Notes under the pieces: generated by a model
The model's database searches: none
Told to the model about the DNA's origin: nothing
The model's input: the letters and a program-made list of their open reading frames with translations, nothing else
Source: Fonticula alba ATCC 38817
Taxonomy: Eukaryota; Protista; Nucleariida
Reading direction: 5' to 3' (one strand)
DNA: 8,415 bases
Assembly (NCBI GenBank): GCA_000388065.2
Contig: KB932235.1
Program-made: the position numbers and the translations under genes
In this document: in pieces, positions 1 to 4,809 of the stretch
How positions within the stretch are numbered: position 1 is the stretch's first letter
Layout of the letters: every line of letters begins with the position of its first letter

Positions 1-84
1 CCCCCCCCCCTCCCTGCCTGGCTGACATCCTCCCCCTGCACGCTGTGTGCGCATCTACCCACCACGGGCGTCCATGTGCGCCAG
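1..84 (+). other. 3' end of an upstream intron of the Vps39-family gene
   Basis: C10 run at the window start, CTGAC branch-point-like motif at 22-26, no AG until CAG at 82-84. Confidence 0.7.
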
Positions 85-1763
85 ATCAAGCGCCAAATCC
101 ACAATGACCTGGCCCGGTTGTACACCTTCTCGGCATTGGCGGTCATGACCTCCCAGCGACCGGGCGCCTGTCGCCCGCTGACGGTGTCGAGCTTGGCCCG
201 CACTCCGCAAGACCTCGAGGCCCAGTGGGATTCCTTCGCCGAGGCCGAACTCGGCGGTACCCTGGAAACCGAGGCGTCCCTGCTGCGCTTGGCCTGCCGG
301 TCGCCGGATTCGGCACACATTTGGCCGGTCATCCCGGGCCCGGGGCCCGATGCCCATGGGAATGGCCCCCGGCCGGGGTCGGGCTCCAATGTCCGGTCAT
401 TCCTCCGGCTGCTGCTGACCATTGCCGCCGGGACGAGCGAAGGCATGGGCCTGGACACGGCGCATGCCTTGCGGGCTGAGGCCGCCGCCGCGCCCGATGC
501 CGCGGCCACAACCACCACCACCACCACCACCGGGGCCTTCATCTCGGACCAGGAGCTCGCCGGGCAGAGCCTGCACTTTGAGCAGTTCCTGTCGCAGGTG
601 GTTTTGCAACTGGCGCATCTGGGCGGCAGCGGCACGGCCGGCGATGGGGCCCAGTCTCCAAGCGACCCGGCAGGTGGCTCCGCCTCCCCCCCGGCCGGTG
701 CTGCCAATGGCGGCGGGCCGCCACTGATGATGGACCTCCTATCGCGGCGGCGCTTGCGCTTGGCCTTCTTCCTGCGCTCCGGCCAATGCCCGCTGGACTT
801 GACCCCGCAGCATTTGACCGCCGGTCGGCCTTTCCCCTGGCAGCCGGCCGCCTTCGATGCCGGGGACCTTTGGGATGCCTTCTACCCGATTGCCGGGCGT
901 TTGGCCACCGTGCATGCTCCCGGCCCGGAGGATGCCCTCTGGCAGCGGCTGCTGGCGCTTCATCCGCTTCTGGGACCCGGCGTGCCGGGCCCAAGCCCCG
1001 GCCAAGACCCGGCCAGTGCGGCCTCCTCGCCGGGCCCCCTTCCGACCCATGCGTCCATTTGCTTCCGGTGGGAGCTGGCCCTGTTGGCCATTCAGTCACA
1101 GCAACTGCTGGTCGCATCGCGCATTCTCCTGGCCAGTGCCACATCAGTGCCGCTGAGCGCCTCGCGCCGACGGGACTGCCTGGCCCTGCTGCGCTTCCTG
1201 GCTCTCGCCCGAGGCCCGGCCCCTGGCTCCGGGACCGCGGCGCCGGACGTGGCGACCTCCGCCGCGGCCGCCTCCGCCTCCTCCTCGGCCCTGCAACTGC
1301 CGCTGGCCGTGGCAGTCCCGCACTCGGGGGCCGGCGACACCAGCCAGCTGGTCACCATTTCCAGCTGCTGGATCCTGGCCGTGGTCAATGCCCTGGCACC
1401 GCAGATGGACTCCAAGCCCGGCTCGACCGAGCTCCTGCGCGACCTGTTCCTCCACTCGTCCCTCTCCGGGACATCGCTCTGCCCCTCGACCGCCGGCATC
1501 ATCATCGGCGTCCTGTCACACTATAGCATCCAGTTCATGGGGCCCGGTGAGCCGGAGCCCAACAGCGATGATCCCGACCATGTTGCCAAGGCCGGCCTGA
1601 GCCTGGCCTTCACAAATTACCTCCAGCGCTGCCTGGCCGAGCTGAGCAGCAGCGCACGCAGTGCCCGGCTCACGCGGAACCTGTCGCGCGCCCACCTTCA
1701 GAACTTGTCCCTTCGGCACAAGGCCGAACGGGCCACCCGCGGTGTGGTCATCCATGAGGAAAG
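85..1763 (+). CDS. Penultimate exon of the Vps39-family gene (alpha-solenoid region with low-complexity inserts)
   Basis: Acceptor GCGCCAG (AG 83-84), then open frame IKRQIHND...VIHEE (559 codons + 2 nt), then donor AG|GTGCGC at 1764. The supplied ORF 76..2085 runs on through the intron (poly-Pro artefact). Confidence 0.8.
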
Positions 1764-1768
1764 GTGCG

Positions 1769-1839
<71 letters not shown>

Positions 1840-2392
1840 GCCTGGCATTGGATCATGCGAAGGGGGTGGTCCACCTCCCTCCCCGTATCATGCTCTGCCA
1901 TACCTCCCGTGTTTGATTTCCCTCCGCTCCTCATCTGGTGGCTTCTTTTTTTTTCGCCCTCGCCCTTTGCCCCGAGCCCCGTCCCCCTGTCCGTATGTGC
2001 TGACCTGCCGCTTGGCCGTGGCTCCCGCTCCCCGTGCTCCTGTTGGTGTCTCTCTTTTTTTTTATGGATGTCCCTCTCTCTGTAGCACGTGCTGCCTGTG
2101 CGGCAAGCAACTGATTCAGGAGCCATCCGGCCTGTCAGCCGCCGCCGCCGCCTCGCATGACGCTCATTCCGGGGGCTTCGTGATGATCCCGCTCTTTAGC
2201 ACGGCCAGCGACTACGATTTGGCCGGGGACCTGTCGCCCCGAGATGGCCAGGCCATGGCCGTCTACCTGGCTCAAGGAATGTCCGCCTCGTTTGCGCGTC
2301 CGCCGCCGGCCGGCGTTGAGCGCCTACCGCCTGAGCCCACAGGTGTCGGCACGGCCCATGTCCAGTGTGCCAACCTGGCCGGTCTATTTTGA
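85..2392 (+). CDS. VPS39: 3' portion (5'-truncated by the window) of a Vps39/Vam6/TGFBRAP1(Vps3)-family HOPS/CORVET tethering subunit; join(85..1763,2086..2392), about 661 aa visible
   Basis: Spliced C-terminus FTNYLQRCLAELSSSARSARLTRNLSRAHLQNLSLRHKAERATRGVVIHEE|STCCLCGKQL...SASFARPP...HVQCA matches, by eye and from recall, the Vps39_2 domain (human VPS39 FLEKVLEENAQKKRFNQVLKNLLHAEF...IITEEKVCMVCKKKIGNSAFARYPNGVVVHYFC). Upstream WELALLAIQSQQLLVASRILL resembles the CHCR-region motif ERALLLGRMGKHEQALFIYV. The paralog (VPS39 vs TGFBRAP1/Vps3) cannot be resolved without a phylogeny. Confidence 0.72.
508..531 (+). repeat. ACA(ACC)7 coding repeat, poly-Thr8
   Basis: Read directly; in frame within the Vps39-family exon. 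Confidence 0.9.
1764..2085 (+). other. GT-AG intron (322 nt) of the Vps39-family gene
   Basis: GTGCGC donor, C66 run, CTGAC at 2000-2004, pyrimidine tract, TGTAG acceptor. Removal gives an in-frame protein with the conserved domain. Confidence 0.85.
1769..1834 (+). repeat. C66 homopolymer, starting at intron position +6
   Basis: Read directly. The exact length of such runs is assembly-sensitive. Confidence 0.9.
2086..2392 (+). CDS. Terminal exon of the Vps39-family gene (C-terminal Zn finger), stop TGA 2390-2392
   Basis: Acceptor CTCTCTGTAG at 2085. The phase-2 junction AG+C gives Ser, then TCCLC...HVQCANLAGLF*, restoring the expected CxxC/HxxC domain. Confidence 0.8.
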
Positions 2393-2564
2393 TGGTGGCA
2401 GCGCCGCACCGGTTTCTGCCCTTTCCCCCGTCCCCCTCCGGGCCACCTTTCATCCTTGTCTCGCGAAGCTGAAGCATCATCAGCACAATAGACCCCTCCC
2501 CGAGTTGCCTTCTCATGGCATTTGCCTGTCCTGCGGCACGTTTGACCATTCCTCTGTCCGAATT

Positions 2565-2590
2565 CACACACACACACACACACACACACA
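2565..2590 (+). repeat. (CA)13 microsatellite in the convergent intergenic/3' UTR region
   Basis: Read directly. Confidence 0.9.
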
Positions 2591-2767
2591 AGGCATGGAC
2601 ACAAGAGCATCCCTGGTCCGGATCAATCTAGGGGGAATGTATTGTGCTCGGCCACGGCGTCCATCAGGTGGGAAGGGGAATGGCAGCGGCGCCGGAGCAG
2701 TCTCGAACCGGAAGAAAGAGGCTTGAATGTTTGAAGGGAAGACACAAGGACAAGGAGGGAGGGAGGA

Positions 2768-2791
2768 AGAGAGAGAGAGAGAGGGGGGGGG
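2768..2791 (+). repeat. (AG)8 run followed by a G run
   Basis: Read directly. Confidence 0.8.
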
Positions 2792-2847
2792 AGGCGGGAG
2801 AGGAGGAAGGGGGCAGATCAGAGTGAGTGCACCAGAAAGCATGGATG

Positions 2848-2880
2848 CACACACACACACACACACATACACATACACAC
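2848..2880 (+). repeat. Interrupted (CA)n microsatellite
   Basis: CA repeat with two CATA interruptions. Confidence 0.85.
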
Positions 2881-2960
2881 GCTCCCGCCACCCAGCGCTC
2901 ACATGCACCACAGAGGCCCAGTGCCACGGAGCAAGAAAATATGCAGACTCTCGGAGGAAG

Positions 2961-2982
2961 GAGAGAGAGAGAGAGAGAGAGA
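2961..2982 (+). repeat. (GA)11 microsatellite
   Basis: Read directly. Confidence 0.9.
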
Positions 2983-3042
2983 AAGGGAGGGCGCAACGCA
3001 GGCCAACACATCGCCGAAGCCGTGCCGCCTTCTTCCTCATCA

Positions 3043-4809
3043 TCAGGTCGGCGGCCCAGTGCCCGGGGTGGAGCTGAAATCAAAGAACCCGCCAGCCAGC
3101 GGGGTGTTGGGGCGCATGATCCCCGGGGAGGAAGGATGCGAATAGAAGCCCGGCGTGCCTGGCGGGCCGCCGGTGCTGATGGAGAGGAACCCCCCGGCCT
3201 CCTGCGACCGGAGATCCACGACACTGCTGTCATTCAACTGCAAGTCGGAGGAGAAGTCGATGATCACGGCCGATGAGGAAGACGCGTCGGCCGGTGTGAT
3301 GGTGATCGGCGGAGGGGGCAAGCCGGTGGCCACGGCAAAGGTTTCAGCCGCCGAGGGTGGCCGCGGGCGCTCCGGCTCCTCGTCCCCATCAAACTCGACG
3401 TCCGTGAGAGAGCCATCCTCGCTGTCGCTGAAGTCGAAGGCGGTGGTGGCCCCACGCGTCGGGTCAATGTCGCTGTCATCGTCATCGTCATCGTCATCCT
3501 CGTCGTCATCGTCATCAAAGGATGAGGAGAAGGAATCATGGCCGCGGGCAGGCCCGCCATCGGACTTGCCGCCCTTGGCCCCGAGACCGGCGGCCGACAC
3601 CGAAGCGCCTGACAGGTCCCCGGAGCCGGGGGACGGCAGCGAGCCGGACGGCGAGGCGGCCAGGGCGCCGGTCGCCCCGCCGGCAATCGCCTCATCGGCC
3701 TTGGCAGCGGCACGACGTTGCTGCGACCGCTTGCGCCGACGCTTCCGACGCTTCTTGGACTCGCTCTTCCGCCGGAGAGTTTGGAGCCGGTAGGACTCCC
3801 CGGCGCCCGAACCACCAGGTCCAGCCTGGCCATCCTCCAGCTCCAGCTCATCCTCATTGTCTTCGTAGTCGGCCACCAGCCGCGAATACCGGATGGAGGC
3901 CATGACAATGCCGGCGATGAAAACACCACCAGACACGGCAAACAGGATTTGCGACAGCCACAGACCATCCAGAGCTCCAAGGGTCACGGCACAGAAGAGG
4001 TTCCGCGCGGCCAGGGAGTCCTGGCCAATCCACCGGCATTCGGCCAGGTGCTGCAAGGAAACCCCGGCATCGGTGGCCAGCTGGGTGAAGGTCGTCGCCA
4101 AGACCGGCGCCTGGACCGTGACAAACCCCGGCAGGGTGGTCGCCGCGAAGTGGTCTGCCTGTGCGCGCACGGCGGCCGCCTGCGGCCCGGCCATCCGCGT
4201 GGCATCCAGCAGCCCCGTAAGGCCGACATCCAAGATCTCCGACTGGTCCTCCACCAGGGAGAAGGCCGGCCGAGGATCACTGTTCGGACCAAGGACGTCG
4301 GCTTCGAAGCGCATGGTCAGGGCGTCCGCTCGCTGGAGCAGGCTCTCCAGCTCGATCTGAGCCGCGGCCCCGGCATCCGGGGTGGAGTCGGCCAGAATGA
4401 CACATCGGTCAAAGGTGCCGCTGCCAGGCCCGGCCTGCAGCAATCCCAGGAGGGTCCGCGAAGCGGCCAGTTGATCGCGGAGTCGGTGCACCTGCCCGCG
4501 GTACCGGCCCACCACCGCCTCGCGCCGGGCCAGCGGCGACTGAGAGGTCTCCGTCGACTGAAGAGCATCCAACACCGGGCCGGCGGAAGTCTCCAGCCGG
4601 CTCAGGGCCAGGGTGGTGGCCGACAGGTCGACATACCGCTGGACATCCGGGCCGAAGGTGTCCACCGTTGCCAGGGTGGCGCCAAGGGGCGCGGAGAAAT
4701 CGGCCAGATGCTCCAGGCTCAAGGCCCGCAGGAGGGTCGCATCCCCGGGCTGCCGGCAGGACTCGAATGTGTGCACCAGCTCGGTGAAGGTGTCAGGATT
4801 GATGCCGAC
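3043..4809 (-). CDS. Exon 7: extracellular loop 2, TM5 and cytosolic tail; stop TGA 3045-3043
   Basis: Acceptor CACCAG at 4810; 588 codons open to TGA (part of supplied ORF 3043..5016). Confidence 0.85.
   Translation of the reverse strand, partial: VGINPDTFTELVHTFESCRQPGDATLLRALSLEHLADFSAPLGATLATVDTFGPDVQRYVDLSATTLALSRLETSAGPVLDALQSTETSQSPLARREAVVGRYRGQVHRLRDQLAASRTLLGLLQAGPGSGTFDRCVILADSTPDAGAAAQIELESLLQRADALTMRFEADVLGPNSDPRPAFSLVEDQSEILDVGLTGLLDATRMAGPQAAAVRAQADHFAATTLPGFVTVQAPVLATTFTQLATDAGVSLQHLAECRWIGQDSLAARNLFCAVTLGALDGLWLSQILFAVSGGVFIAGIVMASIRYSRLVADYEDNEDELELEDGQAGPGGSGAGESYRLQTLRRKSESKKRRKRRRKRSQQRRAAAKADEAIAGGATGALAASPSGSLPSPGSGDLSGASVSAAGLGAKGGKSDGGPARGHDSFSSSFDDDDDEDDDDDDDDSDIDPTRGATTAFDFSDSEDGSLTDVEFDGDEEPERPRPPSAAETFAVATGLPPPPITITPADASSSSAVIIDFSSDLQLNDSSVVDLRSQEAGGFLSISTGGPPGTPGFYSHPSSPGIMRPNTPLAGGFFDFSSTPGTGPPT

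Noticed and set aside
76-2085. 669-aa + strand ORF with a long poly-proline stretch and hydrophobic C-terminus
   Set aside because: The poly-Pro and everything after HEE is translated intron (GTGCGC donor at 1764, C66 run, acceptor at 2085). The GTG start at 76 lies in the upstream intron.
2244-3276. Several 100-190 aa ORFs over the intergenic region
   Set aside because: They translate microsatellites (HTHT, RERE, VCVC) and UTR sequence; no coding signature.
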